From IMG/VR virus record IMGVR_UViG_3300042387_002331: a stretch of DNA of 64,000 nucleotides; one strand, given 5' to 3'. The stretch's first letter is position 1, and every line of letters begins with the position of its first letter. Under the pieces are notes generated by a model. That model worked only from the letters and a program-made list of their open reading frames with translations. It was not told the origin of the DNA and ran no database searches. Source of the DNA: a virus. The translations under genes and the position numbers were made by a program. Below are positions 32,601 through 41,277 of this stretch, in pieces.

Positions 32601-33226
32601 GTCCGTCAATTGATTGGCAAAATAGCTTTTTATACGATTCATTAGGTAATACATCTCTTAATTGGGGTACTAGATCATTACTAGATTCATCAAACACTGT
32701 AGTTTTTAATTGGGATGCATTTGCTCTTAACTATAAAATAGAAACAAACACATACTTAAAAAGATTCATTGAAGTAGGCACCCAAGACCTATTTTCAGAT
32801 GTAGGAGTAGTAGGGTTTAACTATGAAGGAGAAGTTATAGAAGCAACATTAGATGGAACTGTAAACCAATTTGATCTAGTATATCTAGAAACAGATGGTA
32901 AATGGTATCCTGTTGCTCAAGGAACTGCAGATTGTACTAAACTTTTAGGAATATGTGCTGAAACAGGTGCTAGACCTAAAGTTATTTTAGAAGGGTCAAT
33001 TACAGTAAATGATGGTACCTATATTGATACTCCTATTGTTCAAGGAATTAATTTTGGGTTACCAATATATGTTAGAGAAAGTGCAGGAAATACAATGTCA
33101 ACTGTTGTACCTACAACTGCAGGGCAATATGTTAGAATTTTAGGACATGCATACTACCAAAATACAGGATCTCCTGAATATTGGACTATGAAATTTAGAC
33201 CATCTAACGATTGGTACGTAATATAA
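29642..33226 (+). CDS. Long tail fibre / receptor-binding protein
   Basis: N-terminal GELAIN..DGRLF, SASYA/TGS repeats, LDDLSDV linker, 16-aa Trp repeats; late motif at 29629. Confidence 0.8.
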   Translation: MSTIITRNSTNSGSTPSVLVQGELAINVTDGRLFYGSGSGNVVKEFGVTSSYALQALSSSYAETASYAPAYLPLTGGTINGDVIVNGTASIAFLNVSYESASVIYSSGSNQFGDASNDVQTLYGTVDIKTGPVLVTGSLDVSGGITGSLLGTASYAAQALSSSYALSASHADHATSASYALTASYVNPLHQIVQITGSLNSTGSNNFYGNTTINGGLIISGAYLPLGLASSSVFFHANPTFDGFLKLNPVNVVPDTTVSASYIFTSGSTQDLYFSQNSNGYSNVIRLRWLEGNIYTGILTGGVVSGSVGGTTFNVSSGSGIIVTLNATTASIEPYPTVNYVQWPSYTNVTPTYLNTHDTTWLLINNSGSLIQQTDAPTNGQFDNFIQIGSLVHPNLSTISLYKTFTVTSYGIAQQTYEFIRSFGGIKISGHTISPSGSSLYVNRSSGVAFSLGRNYVNNANKPSYVPDAAYNSPLIFKYYLSGSTFVTTTGSVIDPTQYNTPTTPTGLSPVPGGLYSIQRIFYFPNQPNILGVYYGRSTYNSISNALANLPYEDFQENNNTLTQAIFCAYLIVKSGTSDLSNTTDAKFIQAGTFRNTTTGGGGSTVASLDDLSDVSISSPLNGDLLAYNGVSWVNTKNTTGSYNINGNITANSFTGSLQGIATTASYVQTAQTASYVLNAVSSSYATQALSSSYALTASYSDTSTSASYALSASYAPSTPAFPYTGSAEITGSLGVTGSFSTQTFDGLTYVPAISISDFSRTIYDVMGTSSFDADARDLYDSTTVNSISWESRRLSDGLGGASVYWDTRWLVDPLGITTVNWGIRTGYDSSTSQSIDWGGRILYDANESYSIDWAAKALWGTGGFPTLEWASRYLNDASGNVSVDWGNRLTKDSSNKESIDYQNRQLKNSNGNEVLNWQSGVTITGSAIVSGSLESTGSFSVQTYNSFLAATATAIELNDTTRRIYDTSGLLSIDALFRTANYQNLSPSIDWQNSFLYDSLGNTSLNWGTRSLLDSSNTVVFNWDAFALNYKIETNTYLKRFIEVGTQDLFSDVGVVGFNYEGEVIEATLDGTVNQFDLVYLETDGKWYPVAQGTADCTKLLGICAETGARPKVILEGSITVNDGTYIDTPIVQGINFGLPIYVRESAGNTMSTVVPTTAGQYVRILGHAYYQNTGSPEYWTMKFRPSNDWYVI

Positions 33227-33236
33227 AAGAAATAAT

Positions 33237-33806
33237 ATGGGAAATATTAGTCAAATAAATGGTTTAAATATTAACGCAGCAACAGCTTCAATAGCAACAT
33301 CTGCATCATATGCTACAACAGCAGCATATGCTCAAGCTTCAAACCCTAGATTATTAGGTTTTTCTGGGATTACAGGAACTCAAACCACAAGCACGAATGT
33401 TACTACATGTCATTCACTTTTAATCCCTGCAAATTCTCTTGGAACAAATAATATTCTCCAACTTGTATTTAGAATGTTTAGACAATCTGGAAATGTTGGA
33501 CAATTATATGGGAGAATATATTTTAACACTAGTAATAGCTTAATAGGTGCTAGTTTATTCAATACTATCTTTACAATGAATGGAGCATCTACCCAATTCC
33601 TTGGATATGTTGAAAGAAACTTTAGCTATAATGGAACAACTTTAACAAGCTATTCAAATTCAGCATATTCAGAATATACTACTGGAAATGTTCAAACAGT
33701 TAATTTAAATAGAGCTGTAGACAATTATGTGCTATTTACTATGCAAGCACAAAATGCTGCAGATATAGGAAACATAAACTTATATAAAGTATTTTTATAT
33801 GAATAA
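33237..33806 (+). CDS. Fibre-associated protein
   Basis: TASIATSASYA repeat followed by a beta-rich domain. Confidence 0.55.
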   Translation: MGNISQINGLNINAATASIATSASYATTAAYAQASNPRLLGFSGITGTQTTSTNVTTCHSLLIPANSLGTNNILQLVFRMFRQSGNVGQLYGRIYFNTSNSLIGASLFNTIFTMNGASTQFLGYVERNFSYNGTTLTSYSNSAYSEYTTGNVQTVNLNRAVDNYVLFTMQAQNAADIGNINLYKVFLYE

Positions 33807-34029
33807 TATAACAAAAATAAAAGATGGATTTATATACAATAATATAGAATATAAATTCCAATCATACATTATTGAAGGGCAAGAAACTGAAGTTCAATAT
33901 GAAATTTTAAGTGAAACCCAATACCAAGTTGGAACAGACAACGGTATAATATTTTTTGATGTTTCTATTACAATTGATAATTTAAGTTTTCAAACTTCAT
34001 TAGAATATATAAATTATTTATTTAGTTAA
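33799..34029 (+). CDS. Hypothetical protein
   Basis: Overlapping 76 aa ORF. Confidence 0.5.
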   Translation: MNNITKIKDGFIYNNIEYKFQSYIIEGQETEVQYEILSETQYQVGTDNGIIFFDVSITIDNLSFQTSLEYINYLFS

Positions 34030-34081
34030 AAAAACTTGGCTTCTTAAAGAAGTCTTTTTATATTTAGCTAAAAAATAGGTT

Positions 34082-34594
34082 ATGTTATATAAAACGTCTG
34101 ATAAAAATTTAGTTTACAAAGAAATTAAAAAACTTCAACCACTAAACTACAATCAATTTAGATGGTGGAGACGTTTTGATACTAAAACAAAACCACTTCC
34201 TAAAGGTGCTACATTTCTTCAACGTATTCAAAACGGTGAATATGAATTTTCACATTATTTTTGGCAATGGAAATTAACTGAAATTGAATTAAACGATGTA
34301 TATGAAAAATACAACGGAAATATTCAAACGATGCTTGAAAAAAATGGAGTTGACTTTGCTCGTAGAAAACGTTTAATAGAAGATTTTAACAAGGACGAAG
34401 CTGACCGTTTAGAAGCACTTAAAAAAGGATTTTTACGTGAATTTGAGATGACGTCTGACGACTATGAAAATAGTCTTACAAATTTTGATGGGACTACTGA
34501 AGAATTTTATGTATATTGTTTGAAAAATTTTGAACGTTCTGGTAGACCGATTGAAAGACGTGGTCGTCCTAAAAAGGTAGTTGTATATGAGTAA
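34082..34594 (+). CDS. Hypothetical protein with C-terminal AT-hook-like RRGRPKK
   Basis: 170 aa ORF after a host-type promoter. Confidence 0.6.
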   Translation: MLYKTSDKNLVYKEIKKLQPLNYNQFRWWRRFDTKTKPLPKGATFLQRIQNGEYEFSHYFWQWKLTEIELNDVYEKYNGNIQTMLEKNGVDFARRKRLIEDFNKDEADRLEALKKGFLREFEMTSDDYENSLTNFDGTTEEFYVYCLKNFERSGRPIERRGRPKKVVVYE

Positions 34595-34811
34595 AATTTT
34601 GGATTTACATGGTTTAAAACATGAACATGTCTATACTATAGTAGACAAGTTTGTAGGCAGCCATATAATACAAGGTACAAAAGAGATTTATATTATTACA
34701 GGACATAGTAAAAAAATGAAAGAAATAGTTACTTACATAATCCAGGACTATGACATTCAAGGAAAAGAAGAATGGGGCAATGCTGGTAAAATAGTTTTAG
34801 AATTAAAATGA
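34587..34811 (+). CDS. Stand-alone Smr-domain protein
   Basis: LDLHG...IITG...N.G pattern. Confidence 0.75.
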   Translation: MSKILDLHGLKHEHVYTIVDKFVGSHIIQGTKEIYIITGHSKKMKEIVTYIIQDYDIQGKEEWGNAGKIVLELK

Positions 34812-35521
34812 GCAATCAAACAATCCAATGGTCAGGATATGAATGGCTGACCCAAGAAAGATGGGGTCAAATCCATCCAGACAAACCAATTTGTTGGTAT
34901 GATCCAACAGCTATACAAATAAATAGTGAAAGTGAAATTGTATTAAAAACACAATACAATCCAAAACAATTTGATGATGTAGTTTCCCCAATTGGAGTTG
35001 GGTTAATTTCATGTACTGAAAAATTTAGTTATGGAATGTTTAGCATAGAAGCTAAACTACCTAAAGGACCATATTTATGGCCTGCATTTTGGATGTATGC
35101 TTGGGAATCTTGGCCACCTGAAATAGATATATTTGAAGCATACTCAAACAGTAGATCAAGTTATTTTAACTGGGATTGGAAAAGTTTATTTGGAAAGTTT
35201 TGGAGAGTAGAAACTAATATACACTTAGGTGAATCCCCAAACAACTATAGTTTAGGAGCCCAACCAGGGTATGTAGGTTTTACACCACCAACAGAAAAAT
35301 TCAACACATATACAGTTGATTGGACTCCAACTTACATTAAAATATACTACAATAACAAATTAGTTAGACAAGTAACAGATCCGAATGTGTTAAAACAATT
35401 TGAAGGGAAAACAATGAATGTGATTATCAACAATGGTGTTCAAAATTCATATCCTACTAATAGCAATTTACAAACTGAATTTATAGCACGTAATTTTAAA
35501 TATATTCCATATGAAAAATAA
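34808..35521 (+). CDS. Glycoside hydrolase family 16
   Basis: YG..EAKLP.G..LWPAFWM...WPPEIDIFE (ExDxxE catalytic motif). Confidence 0.88.
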   Translation: MSNQTIQWSGYEWLTQERWGQIHPDKPICWYDPTAIQINSESEIVLKTQYNPKQFDDVVSPIGVGLISCTEKFSYGMFSIEAKLPKGPYLWPAFWMYAWESWPPEIDIFEAYSNSRSSYFNWDWKSLFGKFWRVETNIHLGESPNNYSLGAQPGYVGFTPPTEKFNTYTVDWTPTYIKIYYNNKLVRQVTDPNVLKQFEGKTMNVIINNGVQNSYPTNSNLQTEFIARNFKYIPYEK

Positions 35522-36137
35522 AGTTGAATTACTAGGACATTATGGAGATGATTTAATTCATGCTTGCTCAGCTTGGACAAGCACATCACGTGAATTAACT
35601 GACGAAAAAATAGAACGTGTACCAAAATTGCTAAACATGTTAGCAAGTGAAGGACACCACACCCCATTTGAAAAATCAAGTTTGCACTTTTTAGTCACAG
35701 TAGATCAAGCAACTCACATCCATTTGCTAAAACATAGAATTGGAGTTTCAATTAATGGAGAAAGCGCACGTTACAAAGAATTAAAAGAAGATAAAACATA
35801 TTTACCTGCAGATTGGCCTGAACGATGGGATACAGCATTACGTAATTTTACAAATGAATCTAATACACTTTATCATATGTGTTTAGAAGAATTAACTTCT
35901 GTTTTAGGCCGTAAACGTGCTAAAGAATCTGCTCGTTTCTTTAAAACATTCAACTCCCAGATTACAATGGATATTATGTTTAACTGGAGGAGTTTTGCTC
36001 ATTTTCAACAACTTCGAAACAGCGAACATGCACAAGTTGAAGTAAGAGAGTTAGCACAACAAATGTTAGAGCTAGTTAAAAATATTGAAGGTAATCCTTT
36101 TAAACACACAATAGAAGCATTTAAGTTATCCAATTGA
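35511..36137 (+). CDS. thyX: Flavin-dependent thymidylate synthase
   Basis: HHTPFE, KHR..SINGESARY, N.RS..HF..LR and HAQ.EVR. Confidence 0.93.
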   Translation: MKNKVELLGHYGDDLIHACSAWTSTSRELTDEKIERVPKLLNMLASEGHHTPFEKSSLHFLVTVDQATHIHLLKHRIGVSINGESARYKELKEDKTYLPADWPERWDTALRNFTNESNTLYHMCLEELTSVLGRKRAKESARFFKTFNSQITMDIMFNWRSFAHFQQLRNSEHAQVEVRELAQQMLELVKNIEGNPFKHTIEAFKLSN

Positions 36138-36164
36138 TTCATATTTATAATAAAGGTATAAACT

Positions 36165-36629
36165 ATGAAAAAATCTGATTTAAAAAAAATTATCCGAGAA
36201 GAAATTCAAAAAGAAATATTTGGTCTTTTTAACAAAAAAACACCTCCTCCCCCACCACCCCCAAGTACTCCAAAAAAACCTACCCCATCACCTTTATCTT
36301 CTTTTGAGCTTAATGGAAACCCAATAACAATAGAAGGGATAAGTGCTACTGGAAAAGGTTACCATGTTTGGAAAGGTAATAATCCTTTAGGAGATTTAAG
36401 ACAGATTGCTTCTAAAGCATATGAAAATGGATTTGGTGAAACCCAAGATAAAATATATTATATAGCAATCGTAAACCCAGAATCTTCTAGATACTTAAGA
36501 GACCATGTAGATAGACCAGCATATTTTACTGTTTCTACTCCAAAAGGAGGAGCAACTAAAGGTGAATTAAAAGCGATAGCTGATAGGATTTTAAAACTTA
36601 ACCCTGATGGGAAAATTAAAATATGGTAA
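36165..36629 (+). CDS. Hypothetical late protein with MKKSDLKKIIREE leader and a polyproline linker
   Basis: Late motif at 36141-36150. Confidence 0.7.
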   Translation: MKKSDLKKIIREEIQKEIFGLFNKKTPPPPPPPSTPKKPTPSPLSSFELNGNPITIEGISATGKGYHVWKGNNPLGDLRQIASKAYENGFGETQDKIYYIAIVNPESSRYLRDHVDRPAYFTVSTPKGGATKGELKAIADRILKLNPDGKIKIW

Positions 36630-36762
36630 TAGTTTTTCCGATTCCAACAACTTTAGGCGCATTTACAGGTTATAAATTAAGTTATTTTTTAGCTCAACTT
36701 TTTTAAAAATATTTGGTTCATTAAATCTTTTTTTGTATATTAAACTTATAAAAATAAGAGTT

Positions 36763-37080
36763 ATGACGTTTAAGACAAAAACAAAAAATCAATTTAAATT
36801 ACTTTTAAGGCGTTTAGGTTTTCTTTGTAAAAAACCAACTAAAAGAACTCGTTGCCTTAAAATTTCCCACACCCTTAATCCGGATGGAACAGTAACAGTT
36901 TATAACCAACCTATATTTTCCCTCCCAGAAAATGCTTATGGAATTGAATCTGAAATCCATGTGTTTTTAGAAGAAAAGAAATCAGTTAACCCAGGTTGTA
37001 AATTTGATACAAATGCAAAAACATGTGTTTGTGGAAAAACAATAGAAGAATTTTTAACAAATAAGTGCATAAATAAGTAA
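36763..37080 (+). CDS. Hypothetical Cys-containing protein
   Basis: ATG after a host-type promoter and GAGTT. Confidence 0.5.
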   Translation: MTFKTKTKNQFKLLLRRLGFLCKKPTKRTRCLKISHTLNPDGTVTVYNQPIFSLPENAYGIESEIHVFLEEKKSVNPGCKFDTNAKTCVCGKTIEEFLTNKCINK

Positions 37081-37099
37081 CCCCAAAAAAATAAGTTAT

Positions 37100-37417
37100 A
37101 TGAAAACAGTTGTGAACAAAGAACAAGTAATCGCAGTTACTAAAAAAGTATTTAGCTATGCAATCATAGTAGGAGCCCTAGGAGCAGGATTTGTAATAGG
37201 AAGATTTACCCAAACATATCCACCTGCAGAAGAAGTTAACCCGTATCAAAGCATTCATTCAATTAAAAATGTTTCAATTGCAGTAAACGAAAGCAATGAA
37301 TTGATGTTAATAGATCGAACCACTGGAGAATACCAAATGTATTCAGATTCTATTGGTATGGCAGTTTTTAAAATGTATTCAAACCGAATTTACCAAAACG
37401 CTGGTTCGAATGAGTAA
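37100..37417 (+). CDS. Single-TM membrane protein
   Basis: YAIIVGALGAGFVIG helix. Confidence 0.6.
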   Translation: MKTVVNKEQVIAVTKKVFSYAIIVGALGAGFVIGRFTQTYPPAEEVNPYQSIHSIKNVSIAVNESNELMLIDRTTGEYQMYSDSIGMAVFKMYSNRIYQNAGSNE

Positions 37418-37928
37418 ATTAAAGTTTTTAGGTATAGCTGCTATTTCCCTAGCAGCTGTATCTTCCCTTAGGTTTGATCCACCTGAGGAAGTAAAACAAC
37501 CACTGAGAGACATGTCTCCGGTTAAATCAACCGATCCACCTTGTTTGCAAATGTACTACTACATTGAAAAATATGCTGACAGTTTTAACATACCAAAACG
37601 ATATGCTTACGGAATTGCATTTGCAGAAACAAGATATAAAGGACCATTCCATTGGAACTACAACCCAGCACAAACGTCTTGTGTAGGCGCAGAAGGACCG
37701 ATGCAAATTATGTTATCTACAGCTCATGGAAACAATAAAGACAATGTTTCACGTGAACGCTTACGAACAGATATTGAATACAATGTTAGAACTTCAATGA
37801 AACTGCTTCGTAAACTACATAACATATATGGAAACTGGAAACTTGTATTTGGATGCTACAACACAGGAAGACCTTGTGTAAACGGATACGCAGAAAATGT
37901 ATATAATCACAAAATAAATTGGAGATGA
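37410..37928 (+). CDS. Lytic transglycosylase (SLT-like) with N-terminal signal anchor
   Basis: AET, GA.GPMQIM, N...SMK.L and YN.G motifs. Confidence 0.8.
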   Translation: MSKLKFLGIAAISLAAVSSLRFDPPEEVKQPLRDMSPVKSTDPPCLQMYYYIEKYADSFNIPKRYAYGIAFAETRYKGPFHWNYNPAQTSCVGAEGPMQIMLSTAHGNNKDNVSRERLRTDIEYNVRTSMKLLRKLHNIYGNWKLVFGCYNTGRPCVNGYAENVYNHKINWR

Positions 37929-38173
37929 AAAAAGTAGTTTGTATAAACGATAGAAAACAACCTGAAGGAGGAGAACTTGTTGAAGGGAAAGAATATGAAG
38001 TTGAGGAAGAGTTCATCAACAACTATGAACAAAAAACATTTGTCATAGCAGGTATTAACAATTACGGAATGACCAAACTTGGAATGCGCTGGTATGGTTA
38101 TGATGCAAAACGATTTGCAGATTTAGATGCTTTAGCAACAGAAACATATGAACACGCTTATGCCTATAATTAA
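37925..38173 (+). CDS. Hypothetical protein (SH3-like)
   Basis: KVVCI....L.EGKEYEV. Confidence 0.55.
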   Translation: MKKVVCINDRKQPEGGELVEGKEYEVEEEFINNYEQKTFVIAGINNYGMTKLGMRWYGYDAKRFADLDALATETYEHAYAYN

Positions 38174-38174
38174 T

Positions 38175-38969
38175 ATGAAAAAAATAAAAATATCACACGA
38201 GGTACCATTTTGCCTCTTAGAAAAAAGTAGAGAATTCAACGACTACGACTATTGTTTACCCCATTTAATGGATGAAAATGAAGAGTATCGTGATTTCTTC
38301 TACAAATCAAAAGAAATGGGTCGCTATATTGTAATGGATAATTCACTCCATGAGCTAGGTGAAGCATACAATACAAAGCGATTAATATATTGGATAAATG
38401 AAATTAAACCAGATGAATTTATTGTACCTGATGTTTGGGAAAATGCAAGAGCATCAATTAAAAACGCAGAAGAATGGGTTCAAATTAAACTTCCTGAAGG
38501 GGTATTAAAAGTTGCTGTAGTTCAAGCGAAACACATATGGGAAGCTAAAGACTGTGTTCAAGCATATAAAAATTTAGGATACCAAAAAATAGCATTTTCA
38601 TATGGTGCTTCATATTATAATGAATTATGCCCACATCCAAATAAAGATTTAGGTAAAGCAATTGGACGATACATGGCTGTTCATAAGTTATACAACAATA
38701 AAACATTAACCATGTTTGATCGTGTACATTTGCTTGGAACCGCTTCACCTATTGAATTTGGAATGTATAAAGATATTGAATGTATTGAATCTATAGATAC
38801 TTCAAATCCAATCATGGCTGCAATTGGAGAAATGCCCTATACAAAAATGGGATTGCATCAAAAACCACTTGCTAACATGAACAAATACCAAGATATGAGC
38901 ATTGACTTCTTAAACGAAGATCTAGTAGAATTCAATGTTGAAATGTTTAGAAAAATAAATGAATTATAA
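38175..38969 (+). CDS. TGT-fold DpdA-like 7-deazaguanine transglycosylase/transferase
   Basis: MDNS, PD, VVQ, HLLG and SIDTS motifs in the order seen in TGT/DpdA; adjacent to queC/D/E. Confidence 0.7.
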   Translation: MKKIKISHEVPFCLLEKSREFNDYDYCLPHLMDENEEYRDFFYKSKEMGRYIVMDNSLHELGEAYNTKRLIYWINEIKPDEFIVPDVWENARASIKNAEEWVQIKLPEGVLKVAVVQAKHIWEAKDCVQAYKNLGYQKIAFSYGASYYNELCPHPNKDLGKAIGRYMAVHKLYNNKTLTMFDRVHLLGTASPIEFGMYKDIECIESIDTSNPIMAAIGEMPYTKMGLHQKPLANMNKYQDMSIDFLNEDLVEFNVEMFRKINEL

Positions 38970-39228
38970 AATGGAATATTTAAGTTTATATGACTATCTA
39001 GGACATGCCGCAGGCAATGAATTAGGTAAAGAAGTAGCAATAGCTGCTAGTAAAGCAGGAATTAAATTAGAAACTCGGGAAGTTTCAAACCCAAAATATA
39101 CAGGAATAGTATATTTGTACCCCAAAGACTTTCTTGAAGCATATTTTAGAGAACCAGATTCTATCCATATGGAAGACCTTCCAGGATCTATTAACTATAA
39201 CATTGATGACGACGACTTACCTTTTTAA
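38959..39228 (+). CDS. Hypothetical protein with acidic DDDDLPF tail
   Basis: 89 aa ORF. Confidence 0.55.
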   Translation: MNYKMEYLSLYDYLGHAAGNELGKEVAIAASKAGIKLETREVSNPKYTGIVYLYPKDFLEAYFREPDSIHMEDLPGSINYNIDDDDLPF

Positions 39229-39230
39229 CT

Positions 39231-39404
39231 ATGGATAAATTAACAAAACAAGAATTTGAAAAATTTCGTGAAGTCTGGAAATCTGAATGGTACGACCATT
39301 GGAGGCTCTTGGATATTGACTTTAAAGTTTATATGTTAATGAGAGGATTAACCGAAAAACAATTTAAAAAATTAAATAACGACGAATTATGGAAAAACAT
39401 GTAG
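39231..39404 (+). CDS. 57 aa hypothetical protein (not in ORF track)
   Basis: MDKLTKQEFEKFREVWKSEWYDHW...LWKNM; fills the gap and overlaps the queC start. Confidence 0.55.
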   Translation: MDKLTKQEFEKFREVWKSEWYDHWRLLDIDFKVYMLMRGLTEKQFKKLNNDELWKNM

Positions 39405-40336
39405 TAATTTCCCTGTCTGGAGGAATGGATTCCAGCACACTTTTGTTACGCTGTCTAAAAGAATACGACACAGTAACAGCAATTTCATTTGATTATGGAC
39501 AAAAACATCGAGTTGAGCTTGAACGAGCTAAATCGTTGGTAGATTACATTAATGAAACCAAAATTAAAGTAACAGGAAATTTAGATCAAATTCAAAATGA
39601 TTTATTGAAATTTCATGGTATAACTCCGGAAGGTTTTAGTGATATGATTAAAGAAGTAAAAGGCGAAGCATCCCCTATCACTTATCGTGTCATCAAATTA
39701 GACGGATTAACAGACTTACTCAACTCAGCTTTAGTAACAGGTGGAGATGAAGTACCTGAAGGACACTATGCTGAAGAAAATATGAAAGCAACAGTTGTTC
39801 CTAACCGAAACAAAATATTTGCTTCTATTGTTCAAGCAGTTGCACTTTCAATTGCAGATAAAACAGGTGAACAATGTGATATTGCACTTGGAATACATGC
39901 AGGTGACCATGCAATTTATCCTGATTGTAGACAAGAATTTAGAGATGCAGATGACCATGCCTTTAGAGTAGGTAACTGGGGTTCTGAAAAAGTAGGTTAC
40001 TTTACACCTTATCTTGATGGAGACAAATTTATTATTTTGCAAGATGGAGAAAAATTATGTAGTGAATTAGGACTTGATTTTAACGAAGTATACTCACGTA
40101 CAAACACTTCATATAAACCAATTTACCATGAATTCGCTTACGAAGAGGGAGATGACATTGTTGAAGTCAAAGAATGGTTTTCCGATTACAAATCAGCAAG
40201 TTCCGTAGAACGTGTAGAAGCATTTATTAAACTAGGAAGAAAAGATCCTGTATTATATGCAGACGAAGAAGGTCCTGTAACATGGAACCATGTAGTAAAA
40301 GAAGTAACAAAAGTACTTGAAACACATGAAGGATAG
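39389..40336 (+). CDS. queC: 7-cyano-7-deazaguanine synthase
   Basis: SLSGGMDS, FDYGQKH..E, VPNRN and YPDCR. Confidence 0.93.
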   Translation: MEKHVVISLSGGMDSSTLLLRCLKEYDTVTAISFDYGQKHRVELERAKSLVDYINETKIKVTGNLDQIQNDLLKFHGITPEGFSDMIKEVKGEASPITYRVIKLDGLTDLLNSALVTGGDEVPEGHYAEENMKATVVPNRNKIFASIVQAVALSIADKTGEQCDIALGIHAGDHAIYPDCRQEFRDADDHAFRVGNWGSEKVGYFTPYLDGDKFIILQDGEKLCSELGLDFNEVYSRTNTSYKPIYHEFAYEEGDDIVEVKEWFSDYKSASSVERVEAFIKLGRKDPVLYADEEGPVTWNHVVKEVTKVLETHEG

Positions 40337-40520
40337 TTGTATATTAGACTGGGAATTATACCAAAAAGTTATGGAAAAGAAAAAAACAATTAAAGTTTGT
40401 ACTGGAGTAGGATTAGACCAAATCACTCCTGAATACATTACAATTTATCTTTCTGATATTGATACAGAAATTAAAAAACGAGGACGTAAACCAAAAACAA
40501 ATGAAAATGGCAAAATTTAA
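40317..40520 (+). CDS. Small hypothetical protein (start uncertain)
   Basis: Fills the queC-queD gap; KRGRKPK tail. Confidence 0.4.
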   Translation: MKHMKDSCILDWELYQKVMEKKKTIKVCTGVGLDQITPEYITIYLSDIDTEIKKRGRKPKTNENGKI

Positions 40521-40971
40521 TTCAACAAAATTATTTGACGGTTACTCAACATGTTTCCGTCAATGGAAAGCAGATGGAACACATTGTAAATTTTTACATG
40601 GTTATGCAGTTTCATTTAGAGTATGGTTCGAAGGCGAACTAGATGAAAGAAATTGGGTTTGGGATTTTGGTGGTATGAAACGTGCAAAAACACAAATCGA
40701 AGGTATGTCTCCAAAAGACTATTTTGCATACCTTTTAGACCACACTACAATCATAGCTGAAGATGATCCTCATTTAACTTTATTTAAACAAATGAATGCG
40801 GAAGGTATTATACAATTACGAATTTTACCTGCTACAGGATGTGAACGATTTGCAGAATATTTATATCATACAATAAATGATTTTCTAGCAGTAGAAACAA
40901 ACGGCAGAGTTAAAGCCACTAAAATTGAAGTTTATGAACATGAAAGAAACTCAGCAAGTTATGGAGAATAG
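40501..40971 (+). CDS. queD: 6-carboxy-5,6,7,8-tetrahydropterin synthase
   Basis: C..LHGY, DFG, LDH and EVYE...NSA. Confidence 0.9.
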   Translation: MKMAKFNSTKLFDGYSTCFRQWKADGTHCKFLHGYAVSFRVWFEGELDERNWVWDFGGMKRAKTQIEGMSPKDYFAYLLDHTTIIAEDDPHLTLFKQMNAEGIIQLRILPATGCERFAEYLYHTINDFLAVETNGRVKATKIEVYEHERNSASYGE

Positions 40972-41028
40972 TTATTATACAACAACCACCACTTTTGGTA
41001 ATATTAAATTTATATACACAATAACAAA

Positions 41029-41277
41029 ATGAAAGAAATACTTTATTTCAGCGCAACATGGTGCCAACCATGTAAAAATTTTAAACCGATTATGGAACGT
41101 GTAGGGCAAACAATCCCAGTTGCATTTATTGATGTGGATGCAGATCCTGGCATGACCTCAGCTTATGGTATAAAAAGTGTACCTACGCTTGTATTTTTAA
41201 AAGACGGGCAAGTTGCTCAAAAACAATCTGGAGTTTTATCTGAATCGCAAGTAAAAGATTTATGGAATCAAAATTAG
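41029..41277 (+). CDS. Thioredoxin
   Basis: WCQPC and SVPT. Confidence 0.92.
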   Translation: MKEILYFSATWCQPCKNFKPIMERVGQTIPVAFIDVDADPGMTSAYGIKSVPTLVFLKDGQVAQKQSGVLSESQVKDLWNQN

